Source: an uncultured Christensenellaceae bacterium
GTDB lineage: Bacteria; Bacillota; Clostridia; Christensenellales; DTU072
DNA length: 64,000 nucleotides
Assembly: GCA_964432485.1 (NCBI GenBank)
Contig: CAYSNP010000003.1
Span: forward strand, 20,232-84,231
Direction of reading: 5' to 3'
Shown here: in pieces, positions 1-8,038 of the stretch
Layout of the letters: every line of letters starts with the position of its first letter
How positions within the stretch are numbered: position 1 is the stretch's first letter
The notes under the pieces: model-generated
Databases searched by the model: none
What the model was told of the DNA's origin: nothing
Seen by the model: the letters and a program-made list of their open reading frames with translations, nothing else
Translations under genes and position numbers: made by a program

Positions 1-927
1 TGGTTTTTGGCTCATCTTGATTTTCCCGCACCTCCTCAACAAATAGAATTTGCACGCTTAAATATTAAAAATACCATAATGAGCAAACGCTTTCTAAAAA
101 GGCTAGTAGACAATGGAGCGGTGGAAGGATGGGACGACCCCAGGATGCCTACTTTGTCAGGTTTGCGCAAAAGGGGCTTCCCCAAAGATGCCATTAACGC
201 ATTTTGTGCCGCAGTAGGAGTAGCCAAGGCGGATAGCGAAATAGAAGAAGCTATGCTAGAGCACTTTGTAAGAGAAAACCTTAATAAAAATGCATTGCGT
301 GCAATGGCGGTAGAAGACCCGATAAAAGTTGTGATAACCAATTGGCAAGAGGGGGCAGTTGAGCAGTTGCAGCTTGCCAATCATCCCCAATATTCGGAGT
401 TAGGCTCACGAAGCGCCAATTTTTCGGGCAAGTTATATATAGAAAGAGAGGACTTTGCGCTAGCTCCCCCCAAAGGCTATAAAAGATTGACGCCGCAAGG
501 TACGGTGCGCCTTTGGGGAGCGTATATAATAAAGCATACAGACTCAAAGTTTGACAAGGACGGCAAGATAGATACCATTTATTGTGAGTATTTGCCTGAA
601 AGCAAATCGGGCTCAAGCAACGCCACTATAAAAGTAAAAGGTGTTATTCATTGGGTAGATGCAAGTAATTGCGTACCCATAGAGTTTTACAATTACCAAT
701 CCTTGCTGATTGACGAAACCGAGGAGTTAAAGGATTTTGCGGACAGGCTCAACCCCAACTCCCTTTTTATAACTAAAGGTTTTGGCGAAGGCTCTCTTGC
801 GGGCAGTGCTAACGGTGATTGCTTTCAGTTTATGCGCAAGGCATACTACAAAAGAGAATCGTCGCAAAATGCATTGCGCTTCAATCGTATTGTAGAGTTA
901 AAAGATAGCTATAAACCTAAAGGATAA
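1..927 (+). CDS. glnS: glutamine--tRNA ligase, C-terminal ~306 aa (5' end lies outside the window)
   Basis: The reading frame is open to the window edge. The translation (..MSKRFLKRLVDNGAVEGWDDPRMPTLSGLRKRGF.., RAMAVEDPIKVVITNW) is colinear by eye with the E. coli GlnRS catalytic-to-anticodon-binding region. Confidence 0.85.
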   Translation, partial: WFLAHLDFPAPPQQIEFARLNIKNTIMSKRFLKRLVDNGAVEGWDDPRMPTLSGLRKRGFPKDAINAFCAAVGVAKADSEIEEAMLEHFVRENLNKNALRAMAVEDPIKVVITNWQEGAVEQLQLANHPQYSELGSRSANFSGKLYIEREDFALAPPKGYKRLTPQGTVRLWGAYIIKHTDSKFDKDGKIDTIYCEYLPESKSGSSNATIKVKGVIHWVDASNCVPIEFYNYQSLLIDETEELKDFADRLNPNSLFITKGFGEGSLAGSANGDCFQFMRKAYYKRESSQNALRFNRIVELKDSYKPKG

Positions 928-1067
928 TGCCCCCTTCTTTTAAGTTATTTGCTAAAAATAATATGCAATAACAAGAAATTATCATAATCCTATTGATTAT
1001 TTGCAATAAAGATTATATAATAGATTAAATAAGGAGCAGGAATAGATTAACAATTCGAGGAGCAAAT

Positions 1068-1868
1068 ATGGCACTATGTAAAATATGCGGCGAGTACATA
1101 ACAAAGGATATGAAGAGTTGTCCTAAATGCGCTACCCCGATTTCTGCCGATTACGATTATCAAACGGCTCTCTCAAATATTGAAGATACTTATAAGAAAT
1201 TCGAGGAAGACCTAAAAGTTTATGTAGACCGCTCTAAGCTTACTTACATTTGTTCTCTCTGCGGCGGAGTCAACCATATAGATAGGAAAAGATGCTTCCG
1301 CTGCGGCAAACCTCGCCCCAGAACAGAATATATTAAGGCACTAAGATCTCTTAAAAAGAAAGTTGCCCCGCAAGAGGATGTTTTTGAAAAGCTGGACGAG
1401 CCCGCTAAAAAAGTTGAGGAAGAGCAACTTGAAAAGATTGCTCCCGCTATCCCGCCTCCTGTAGCCAGCCTTGCAGAACAGCAAGCTCAGCTTGGAGCAG
1501 GCGGTTTTCCTTTAGGGCAACAACAGCAAGCTGTCCTTTACCGTTATGAGACAGGACCGGCTCAAACCCGTCCTGTATCTCAACCTTTTGTTATTGTGCC
1601 TTATGTCAATCCTACGCAACCTCTTTATCAATATGACCCCGAGCAGCTTTATAGGTTTGAACCTTATACATATTTAGAAAACTTAGCAAAGGCGGAAACA
1701 CAAAAGACTTATTTGCAAGGCCCTGCCCCCACACCTACGGATTTAACTATTTTGCGCGCAAAAAGATTGGAAGAAATTGAAGAAATGTCACGCAAAATTA
1801 AAGAGCTGGCAACTTTTCGCAAAAAAGCTATGAAAACACGTAAAAAGAAAAAGCGCTCCTCTGACTAA
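1068..1868 (+). CDS. double zinc-ribbon protein with a Pro/Gln-rich middle carrying a degenerate VPY-Q motif and a Lys-rich tail
   Basis: Two CxxC..CxxC ribbons (CKICG..CPKC and CSLCG..CFRCG). The segment PVSQPFVIVPYVNPTQPLYQYDPEQ matches the motif family found downstream. GAGGAG RBS upstream of the ATG. Confidence 0.7.
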   Translation: MALCKICGEYITKDMKSCPKCATPISADYDYQTALSNIEDTYKKFEEDLKVYVDRSKLTYICSLCGGVNHIDRKRCFRCGKPRPRTEYIKALRSLKKKVAPQEDVFEKLDEPAKKVEEEQLEKIAPAIPPPVASLAEQQAQLGAGGFPLGQQQQAVLYRYETGPAQTRPVSQPFVIVPYVNPTQPLYQYDPEQLYRFEPYTYLENLAKAETQKTYLQGPAPTPTDLTILRAKRLEEIEEMSRKIKELATFRKKAMKTRKKKKRSSD

Positions 1869-1951
1869 GAGCCGGATTATACCTAATTGCTGTAAAAATA
1901 AGCATATTCTATCTTTTTAATATAAAAATAGTAAAAATTCTTATTTTGCTA

Positions 1952-1980
1952 TTGAAAACTAGATAAGATTATGATATTAT
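1952..1980 (+). promoter_or_regulatory. sigma-A-like promoter (TTGAAA-17-TATTAT) upstream of the first motif-only gene
   Basis: TTGAAA at 1952-1957, a 17-nt spacer, TATTAT at 1975-1980. The same TTGAAA-17-TAnnnT layout recurs at 3743 and 6492. Confidence 0.4.
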
Positions 1981-2173
1981 TTATAAGCAAATAAAAACTA
2001 AGCCCAATAAGTGCATGTTTTTATTGGAGCAAGCTTTGTGCTTAATAGCAGATATAGAAGCCCTTGGGATATGATTTGGCAGGACATTCGGCCTTTTTGC
2101 TGATTTTGTCGATGCTGATAAGTAAAAAGAATAACATACAAAAATATAAAAAACTAAAAAGGAGTTTATTCAA

Positions 2174-2392
2174 ATGGCAAAAAAGAAAAAAGTAGAAGAA
2201 GTAGTAGCAGTTGAACAAGCACCCGTACAGAAAAGACCCAGCGTTTCTTTTAGAGTAATGAATAATTGCGGCCCTGTACCTATTGCAAAACCTGCTGATT
2301 TTATACAGCTTACTCCGATTGTTCAACCTGTAGCATTGGTACCTTATTCTACACAAGCCCAACCAATGGCTACTTTTGACGACGAATATTAA
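2174..2392 (+). CDS. 72-aa motif-only protein (paralog 1 of 3), function unknown
   Basis: AAAGGAG RBS. The C-terminal 52 aa are nearly identical to ORFs 3401..3619 and 5481..5702, although many third-codon positions differ. No TM segment or signal peptide. Confidence 0.8.
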   Translation: MAKKKKVEEVVAVEQAPVQKRPSVSFRVMNNCGPVPIAKPADFIQLTPIVQPVALVPYSTQAQPMATFDDEY

Positions 2393-2443
2393 ACCCATTT
2401 TACAAGAGTAACTTACCTTATTTAATGCGGTTTAATAGCCATT

Positions 2444-2488
2444 GCAATACAACTTAAAAATAATGATTTTTTTAAGTTTGTGTATTGC
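2444..2488 (+). terminator. imperfect hairpin after the first small gene (possible terminator)
   Basis: gcaatacaacttaaaaa / tttttaagtttgtgtattgc form inverted arms with a bulge. There is no clean T-run, and the hairpin overlaps the next promoter. Confidence 0.3.
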
Positions 2489-2513
2489 GTAATAGATTTT
2501 TGTATGTTATAAT
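2485..2513 (+). promoter_or_regulatory. extended -10 promoter (TTGCGT-17-TGnTATAAT)
   Basis: TGTTATAAT at 2505-2513, with TTGCGT 17 nt upstream. Precedes the membrane gene at 2558. Confidence 0.4.
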
Positions 2514-2557
2514 CAGTTAGAAAGCAAATCATAAAAATTATTGAAGGAGGTAATCCA

Positions 2558-3385
2558 ATGAGCAACAAGAGCAACATTGCGGTAACACCGCGTGAAGTCG
2601 CTCCTACACCAGCTCCTGAGTCTGCAATTCCTTATAACGTGACCTCTAAGATTAAAGTTTCGCCATATTACCTTAGTTTTTTAGAAAGCTATGATAAAAA
2701 ATATGACGAAATGGTTTCTTATGGCTCCAATGGTCCTGTTGCAGCAAGTTATGCTCAACCGGCATCCAAGGCAAAAAAGGCAAAGAAAGCATTGGCATCC
2801 GGCAGCGTAAAAAAGAGGAAAGTTATTGTATTTTTGGTACTGGTGTTAATGGCGGTAGTATTGGCAGTAGGAGTGTTGGGCTATTTACAGCTTGACGCTG
2901 TTAAAGAGTATGTAGGTGTCTTAAATGCCAATGAGGAGGATGTCTATTTCCATGACCCTGTATTTGGAGCATTGGAAAAGTGGGCATCTGATTTTGTACC
3001 TAAACTTGGCGATTCTGTCTATTATGATAGCTATCTGTCTACCATACAAACTGACAATATAGCTATTACTATTAGCTTATATGTACTGCCTGCAGCATTG
3101 GTACTTATTGTTTTATTTGCAATTATTGTAATTATTAAAGCATTAGTCGCCCTATTGAGCAAAAAGGATTGCAAGCTTGGCTTCCTATCCTTACTTACCG
3201 CTATCTTTGGCTTATTTGTAGCCGGATGCGGAGTTATTTGGAATAATATGGGGTTTGCTGAAATAATTAACTTTATCAAGATGGATGCGGCAAATGTAAG
3301 TGCGGCATACGGACTTTACGCTCTGATAGGCTTGCCTCTTATAGCAGCAATACTCAGTGCGTTCGCTTATAAAAAAATCAAATAA
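2558..3385 (+). CDS. multi-pass membrane protein (275 aa) with a cytoplasmic N-terminal VSPYY region, function unknown
   Basis: GAAGGAGG RBS. Lys-rich linker (KAKKAKKAL..KKRK) followed by several hydrophobic helices. The N-terminal KVSPYYLSFLESYDKK resembles TVSPYFHSYADAFSEK of ORF 3817. Confidence 0.7.
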   Translation: MSNKSNIAVTPREVAPTPAPESAIPYNVTSKIKVSPYYLSFLESYDKKYDEMVSYGSNGPVAASYAQPASKAKKAKKALASGSVKKRKVIVFLVLVLMAVVLAVGVLGYLQLDAVKEYVGVLNANEEDVYFHDPVFGALEKWASDFVPKLGDSVYYDSYLSTIQTDNIAITISLYVLPAALVLIVLFAIIVIIKALVALLSKKDCKLGFLSLLTAIFGLFVAGCGVIWNNMGFAEIINFIKMDAANVSAAYGLYALIGLPLIAAILSAFAYKKIK

Positions 3386-3400
3386 AAAGGGGTATTAAAA

Positions 3401-3619
3401 ATGGCAAAAAAAGCTAAAAATGTTGAAGAAGTAGTAGTAGCTCCACAAGCTGCACCTAAAAGGCCTAGTGTTTCTTTTAGAGTTATGAACAACTGCGGTC
3501 CTGTGCCCATTGCAAAACCGGCAGACTTTATACAATTGACTCCTGTTGTGCAACCGGTAGCAATGATTCCATATTCTACACAGGCGCAACCTATGGCTAC
3601 ATTTGATGACGAGTATTAA
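3401..3619 (+). CDS. 72-aa motif-only protein (paralog 2 of 3)
   Basis: Starts 15 nt after the membrane gene stop. The sequence RPSVSFRVMNNCGPVPIAKPADFIQLTPVVQPVAMIPYSTQAQPMATFDDEY is conserved with the other two paralogs. Confidence 0.8.
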   Translation: MAKKAKNVEEVVVAPQAAPKRPSVSFRVMNNCGPVPIAKPADFIQLTPVVQPVAMIPYSTQAQPMATFDDEY

Positions 3620-3642
3620 AATATACTAACTAAGGAAGCGTT

Positions 3643-3677
3643 ACAAGGACTGCCAAAATGTGCAGTCCTTGTTTTTC
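3643..3677 (+). terminator. rho-independent terminator
   Basis: acaaggactgc / gcagtccttgt form an 11-bp stem followed by TTTTTC. Confidence 0.8.
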
Positions 3678-3742
3678 TAGATTAAAAAGTAAAAGAAAAG
3701 GTAATTTTTTTTAACTTTATAGAAATTATTTAGGTTTCACTA

Positions 3743-3771
3743 TTGAAATTGCAATTATATTATGGTAAACT
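3743..3771 (+). promoter_or_regulatory. sigma-A-like promoter (TTGAAA-17-TAAACT)
   Basis: Hexamers and spacing read directly from the sequence. Located 45 nt upstream of the ATG at 3817. Confidence 0.4.
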
Positions 3772-3816
3772 ATATACAATTGTAATTATTAGTACTATAT
3801 TTATGGGAGAGCGTAT

Positions 3817-4914
3817 ATGGCAAATGAAATCAACAAAAAAAAGTCAGTGATTAAACCCAACGATTTTATTACTGTCTCGCCTTATTTTCACTCTTACGCT
3901 GATGCTTTTTCTGAAAAGGAAAAAGAGTTAGCGCTCCATGGCAGTTATTCAACAAGGGCATATACTAAGGATTTTGGTCCTATAGCAGAAAAAGTTGCAC
4001 CAGCTCCGGTGGCTGCTGCGCCGGTTATCGAAGCAGAAGTCAAAAAAAGCAAGAAGGAGTTAGCCAGAGAAGCTGCGGAGGCCGAAGCTGCCCAACAGCG
4101 GGAAGCTAAGAAAAGGCGTATCGAAGAGGCAAAACTGCTAAAAAGACAAGAGCGCATTAAGAAAATTAAGCGTAAGAGAATTAAGCGTGAAAAAGATTAC
4201 TTCTTTGTTATGAACAAAGGCTTATGCGTTATTATGATTATCTTTATGTTGCTTACTTTAGCTCTTATGAGCATTAGTATTGTAGGGATGGATGCAATTG
4301 AGCCATATACCTCAGCTTTTAAGCAGCCTGACTTGACTCCCGTTGAGGAGCGGATTGCCACAACAGACCCTGAAACAGGGGAAGAAATCCCTTATGCGGA
4401 GCAAGTTTCTTATATAGGCTTCTTAGACCCTGTCTATGGATTTGCTAAGGCTAGTTTGGGCTTAGAGCTAGGCGAATCGCCTCTTTATGATGCACAAGTG
4501 AGCAAGGCAGAGCTGGAAGGTATGGATCCTATAGCGGCTATTGTGCTGGTTTGGTATCCTGTAGCTCTTTTACTATTTGCAGTCCTTGTACTGCTCAACT
4601 TGATAAAAGCATTCTTTGGCATATTAGGCAGACGGATATTTAAGCGTTTTGGGCTTAACTCCATCCTTATGATGATAATGGTAGTTGCATTCCTATTTGC
4701 AGGATATTGTACCAATCTCGAAGCGGGAGCACCTTTGGATTTTGCAGGCTTGCTGCCTTTTGCAACTCAATTGTTCTCATCTCCCGTAGACGGAGCAGGT
4801 GCGCTATCCGTAGTAATGGGCATAGGCAGTATCGGCTTATTTGTGTTGTCTATCTTATCACTACTGCTTTCGTTTGGGATACGCAAAAAAGTGCCCTACA
4901 GTATATTCGATTAA
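3817..4914 (+). CDS. multi-pass membrane protein (365 aa) with an N-terminal VSPYF region and a charged coiled linker, function unknown
   Basis: GGGAGAG RBS. The N-terminus is paralogous to ORF 2558. Contains an EAEAAQQREAKKRRIEEAKLLKRQERIKKIKRKRIKREK linker followed by hydrophobic helices. Confidence 0.7.
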   Translation: MANEINKKKSVIKPNDFITVSPYFHSYADAFSEKEKELALHGSYSTRAYTKDFGPIAEKVAPAPVAAAPVIEAEVKKSKKELAREAAEAEAAQQREAKKRRIEEAKLLKRQERIKKIKRKRIKREKDYFFVMNKGLCVIMIIFMLLTLALMSISIVGMDAIEPYTSAFKQPDLTPVEERIATTDPETGEEIPYAEQVSYIGFLDPVYGFAKASLGLELGESPLYDAQVSKAELEGMDPIAAIVLVWYPVALLLFAVLVLLNLIKAFFGILGRRIFKRFGLNSILMMIMVVAFLFAGYCTNLEAGAPLDFAGLLPFATQLFSSPVDGAGALSVVMGIGSIGLFVLSILSLLLSFGIRKKVPYSIFD

Positions 4915-4944
4915 AAATAAACTGAGATAAGGAGATTTAATAAT

Positions 4945-5439
4945 ATGGCAAAAGGTAAAAAAACTTATAAGAAAAGAGTAGTGGTATTGATTCTGATTCT
5001 GGTGCTGGCTATTGTATCAATCGGCGTACCCATTGTATCTAGCTTAAAACTGCTGGAGGAGCATATTGATATTGGTGTCGATATACTTGGGGTTGCAGAC
5101 CTTTTTGCAGACGGTTTTAGCTTTGATATAATAAAAGACAACATATCTGTCTGGGTGCTGGGCGTGTATATGCTGGTAGCGCTGATACTGGTGCTGAAAG
5201 GTTTGTTTGCTTTACTTGTTCGCGGTAAAAAGAGGTTTGGTTTGGCAGCAATAATCACTTTGCTTCTTGGTGTAGTGTTTATATTGGCAGAGTTTGACTT
5301 TGACTTTGAGCTTATAGGAGAGCTGGCAGGTGAGCCTAAGCTTTTGGCAGAGACCATTGATTATGGCGTTTATGCAATGGTTGGAGCACCTCTCTTGATT
5401 TTGATTCTTAGCTTATTTACATATAAGAAAAAGAATTAG
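4945..5439 (+). CDS. small multi-pass membrane protein (164 aa), function unknown
   Basis: AAGGAG RBS. About 4 hydrophobic helices. Ends ..LSLFTYKKKN, similar to the ..SAFAYKKIK end of ORF 2558. Confidence 0.65.
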   Translation: MAKGKKTYKKRVVVLILILVLAIVSIGVPIVSSLKLLEEHIDIGVDILGVADLFADGFSFDIIKDNISVWVLGVYMLVALILVLKGLFALLVRGKKRFGLAAIITLLLGVVFILAEFDFDFELIGELAGEPKLLAETIDYGVYAMVGAPLLILILSLFTYKKKN

Positions 5440-5480
5440 ATTGTCTAAAATAAATAATCATTTAATAAAGGAGTATTCTA

Positions 5481-5702
5481 ATGGCTAAAAAGAATAAAAA
5501 AGTGGAAAGTGTTGAAGTAGTTCAGCAGGCTCCTGTTGCTAAAAGACCTAGTGTTTCTTTTAGGGTTATGAATAATTGCGGCCCTGTGCCTATTGCAAAA
5601 CCTGCCGACTTTGTTCAGCTTACACCTGTTGTGCAACCTGTAGCAATGGTGCCCTATTCTACCCAAGCTCAGCCGATGGCAACCTTTGATGACGAATATT
5701 AA
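5481..5702 (+). CDS. 73-aa motif-only protein (paralog 3 of 3)
   Basis: AAAGGAG RBS. The C-terminal 52 aa are nearly identical to the paralogs at 2174 and 3401. Confidence 0.8.
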   Translation: MAKKNKKVESVEVVQQAPVAKRPSVSFRVMNNCGPVPIAKPADFVQLTPVVQPVAMVPYSTQAQPMATFDDEY

Positions 5703-5718
5703 GCCATATTCTTAATTA

Positions 5719-6432
5719 ATGCCAAGAGCACATAAGCGAGCCCTAGACTCTCAAGACTTAGGTGCTAGCATAGATAATGATAAAGCCAGGCCTAAAGGCG
5801 TCAAGGCGTCCCTTAGGCCTTTATCAACAGGTAGCGGACCTGTAGCAATTGTGCCGCCGGCAGAAAAGGTACAATTGGCGCCGGTTGTTCAACCTTTGGC
5901 GCTAGTGCCTTATTCTTCGCAAAAGCAGCCGCTTTTCATTCAAGAAGAGCAAAAGGTAAAGCAAAACAGTCCGCAATTGCCGGAAAAGCGTTTAGAGAAA
6001 GTAGCCTCTAAAAAACCTATTATGGCAGCAGTGCTCACAATGCTTTGCATTTTAGCACTTGTGATAATGATTATAGGTGATTTTCTCTTGCAAAATATCT
6101 TATCGCTAGCAAATGGGCAAGGGATAACATATATAGCTATAAGTCTACTGGATGCAGTTAATCAAGGCTCTTTCTTTACTATTAGTAATATTGTGGAAGT
6201 TGCTTTGTTAGCCTCTTTTGTTCTATACATTATTTTGCTTATTGTTTTGGTGAGTTTGCGTAGCAGCGGCGTCAGTTTTGCAGTAAAGATATTAGCATTT
6301 ATTATTACGGTACTACAGTTGGGCACCGCTATATTTTGCTATAATGTCGGGACTGCCAATTTGGGTATCTACATTTCTGCAGGGCTGGCTTTAGTGATTA
6401 TGCTTGCAAGTTTTTCAGCAAAGAGGGAATGA
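5719..6432 (+). CDS. fusion protein: N-terminal VQP-ALVPY motif plus a C-terminal multi-pass membrane domain (237 aa)
   Basis: GPVAIVPPAEKVQLAPVVQPLALVPYSSQKQPLF is followed by about 5 hydrophobic helices. No obvious SD sequence. The ATG lies 17 nt after the upstream stop, so the exact start is uncertain. Confidence 0.6.
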   Translation: MPRAHKRALDSQDLGASIDNDKARPKGVKASLRPLSTGSGPVAIVPPAEKVQLAPVVQPLALVPYSSQKQPLFIQEEQKVKQNSPQLPEKRLEKVASKKPIMAAVLTMLCILALVIMIIGDFLLQNILSLANGQGITYIAISLLDAVNQGSFFTISNIVEVALLASFVLYIILLIVLVSLRSSGVSFAVKILAFIITVLQLGTAIFCYNVGTANLGIYISAGLALVIMLASFSAKRE

Positions 6433-6491
6433 AAAAAGCTTAATCGGCATACTTAATTTACAGTTTCATAATATGTATTCGATAAAATCTA

Positions 6492-6520
6492 TTGAAAAAA
6501 ACAAGGTTATAGTATATACT
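6492..6520 (+). promoter_or_regulatory. sigma-A-like promoter (TTGAAA-17-TATACT)
   Basis: Hexamers and spacing read directly from the sequence. Located upstream of the gene at 6567. Confidence 0.4.
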
Positions 6521-6566
6521 AGAGGTATGTAAGATTTCTTTGCTGTAAAAAACTAATGGAGGCTGT

Positions 6567-6944
6567 ATGAAAAGGAAAAAGAAAAAAGGCAGAGGCGAAC
6601 AGCGACTTTCCATAGAAAGGAATGTTACTCCCCCTCCTACACCTAACGGGAATATGCCTATTATTCAAGAGCCTATAGGCGGTACTAAAATGCTGCCTAA
6701 TACAAGCAAGTTTACGGTAGTCCCTAACGGTATGCCTATGGGACTGGCTCGGTATAGCCAAGTGGACGAATACGGTAGAGAGTTTACGCCTATAATGATG
6801 TACGGTCCTCAACCTAACAGTTCACCTGTACCTATTGCAAGACCTGCACAAATTGTTCAGGTAGCTCCTGTAGTTACACCCTTAGCTCTTGTGCCTTATG
6901 CAACGCAAAATCAAGAGCTTTATCAATATGAAAAAGAAGAATAG
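6567..6944 (+). CDS. 125-aa soluble protein ending in the VQP-ALVPY motif
   Basis: GGAGG RBS. The C-terminus reads SPVPIARPAQIVQVAPVVTPLALVPYATQNQELYQYEKEE. Confidence 0.7.
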   Translation: MKRKKKKGRGEQRLSIERNVTPPPTPNGNMPIIQEPIGGTKMLPNTSKFTVVPNGMPMGLARYSQVDEYGREFTPIMMYGPQPNSSPVPIARPAQIVQVAPVVTPLALVPYATQNQELYQYEKEE

Positions 6945-6970
6945 CTATTGTAATACATTAAGAGAGAGAT

Positions 6971-8017
6971 ATGGAGAATATAAACAATTCGCAACAAGCT
7001 GAAGAAGTTAGGGATGAGCAGGAGCAACTGCAAGCATCTAATCAGGAGACTTTAGCCAACTCTGAGAATGCAGAAAGCTCTAAAGAAAGCACTCCGCCCA
7101 ACCCGCCTCCTCATGGCCGTTGGGTGCCTATTGATGCTCAAGAGTTGAATTTTGCCATTTCCGGAGAGCATGATAGACCTATTCAAGGTCCTGACGGACA
7201 TATTTATTGTATTGGCAATAGCCAGCCTACTCTGGCACCAGTAAACCCTTCGTCAAATGCAATACCTCGTCCCAGCGCAATTATTCAAATGCCTTCTATA
7301 GTTCAGCCAATTTCTTTAGTGCCTTATACTTCGCAAAATCAGCCAATGCTCCAATATGACCCTTATTCCCGTCCGTTGCCGCCTGAAGCGCCTCAAGAAG
7401 CCCCCAGATATAGAAAGAAGCCATATAAAGGGTTAAGTTTAGCACTTATGGTTATTGCGCTGCTTGCAGTAGTGTTGCCGCTTTTATCTAACGCAACAAT
7501 AGGCATACTTACTTCTACCGGGATAGACTTAGTTAAGGCAGCCTTAATTATAGTGGGCGTAGACGGCTTTTCGTCCAACTATTACGATATTGCTATTGCT
7601 CCTATTGATGATATACTACATGCTTTGGTGGAACAATCTTATGATACCCTAGCATTGCTGGCTCTCCCTATTATTTATACGCTAATATTGCTGTTTAGCT
7701 TGATTTTGGCAATAAAGTATTTAGCCAAATTGGCAAAAAGTCAATCTCCAAGGGGGTTTAGCGTGCTTGCTTTTGGCAATATTCTATTAGGCTCATTCGT
7801 AATATCAATTTTATATGGTATGAGTGCCTATGTGGATAAGACCACTCAACCTATAACTTTTTTAATAGGACAAAATGCAATAGGGCTAGGGCTTGGTGTT
7901 TTTTTGATAATGATATTTAGCTTAGTCTTGCTGGTGCTACCTTTTGCGGCAAAGAAATATGCGCATATTCTAGATGTACCCAGCGCTAAACGCACTTATT
8001 TTTTCCCGCCCAATTAG
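6971..8017 (+). CDS. fusion protein: acidic N-terminus plus motif plus multi-pass membrane domain (348 aa)
   Basis: AIPRPSAIIQMPSIVQPISLVPYTSQNQPMLQYDPYS is followed by a RYRKKPYK positive patch and about 6 hydrophobic helices. Confidence 0.7.
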   Translation: MENINNSQQAEEVRDEQEQLQASNQETLANSENAESSKESTPPNPPPHGRWVPIDAQELNFAISGEHDRPIQGPDGHIYCIGNSQPTLAPVNPSSNAIPRPSAIIQMPSIVQPISLVPYTSQNQPMLQYDPYSRPLPPEAPQEAPRYRKKPYKGLSLALMVIALLAVVLPLLSNATIGILTSTGIDLVKAALIIVGVDGFSSNYYDIAIAPIDDILHALVEQSYDTLALLALPIIYTLILLFSLILAIKYLAKLAKSQSPRGFSVLAFGNILLGSFVISILYGMSAYVDKTTQPITFLIGQNAIGLGLGVFLIMIFSLVLLVLPFAAKKYAHILDVPSAKRTYFFPPN

Positions 8018-8038
8018 GCAAGCAGTAAAGGAGTATAT

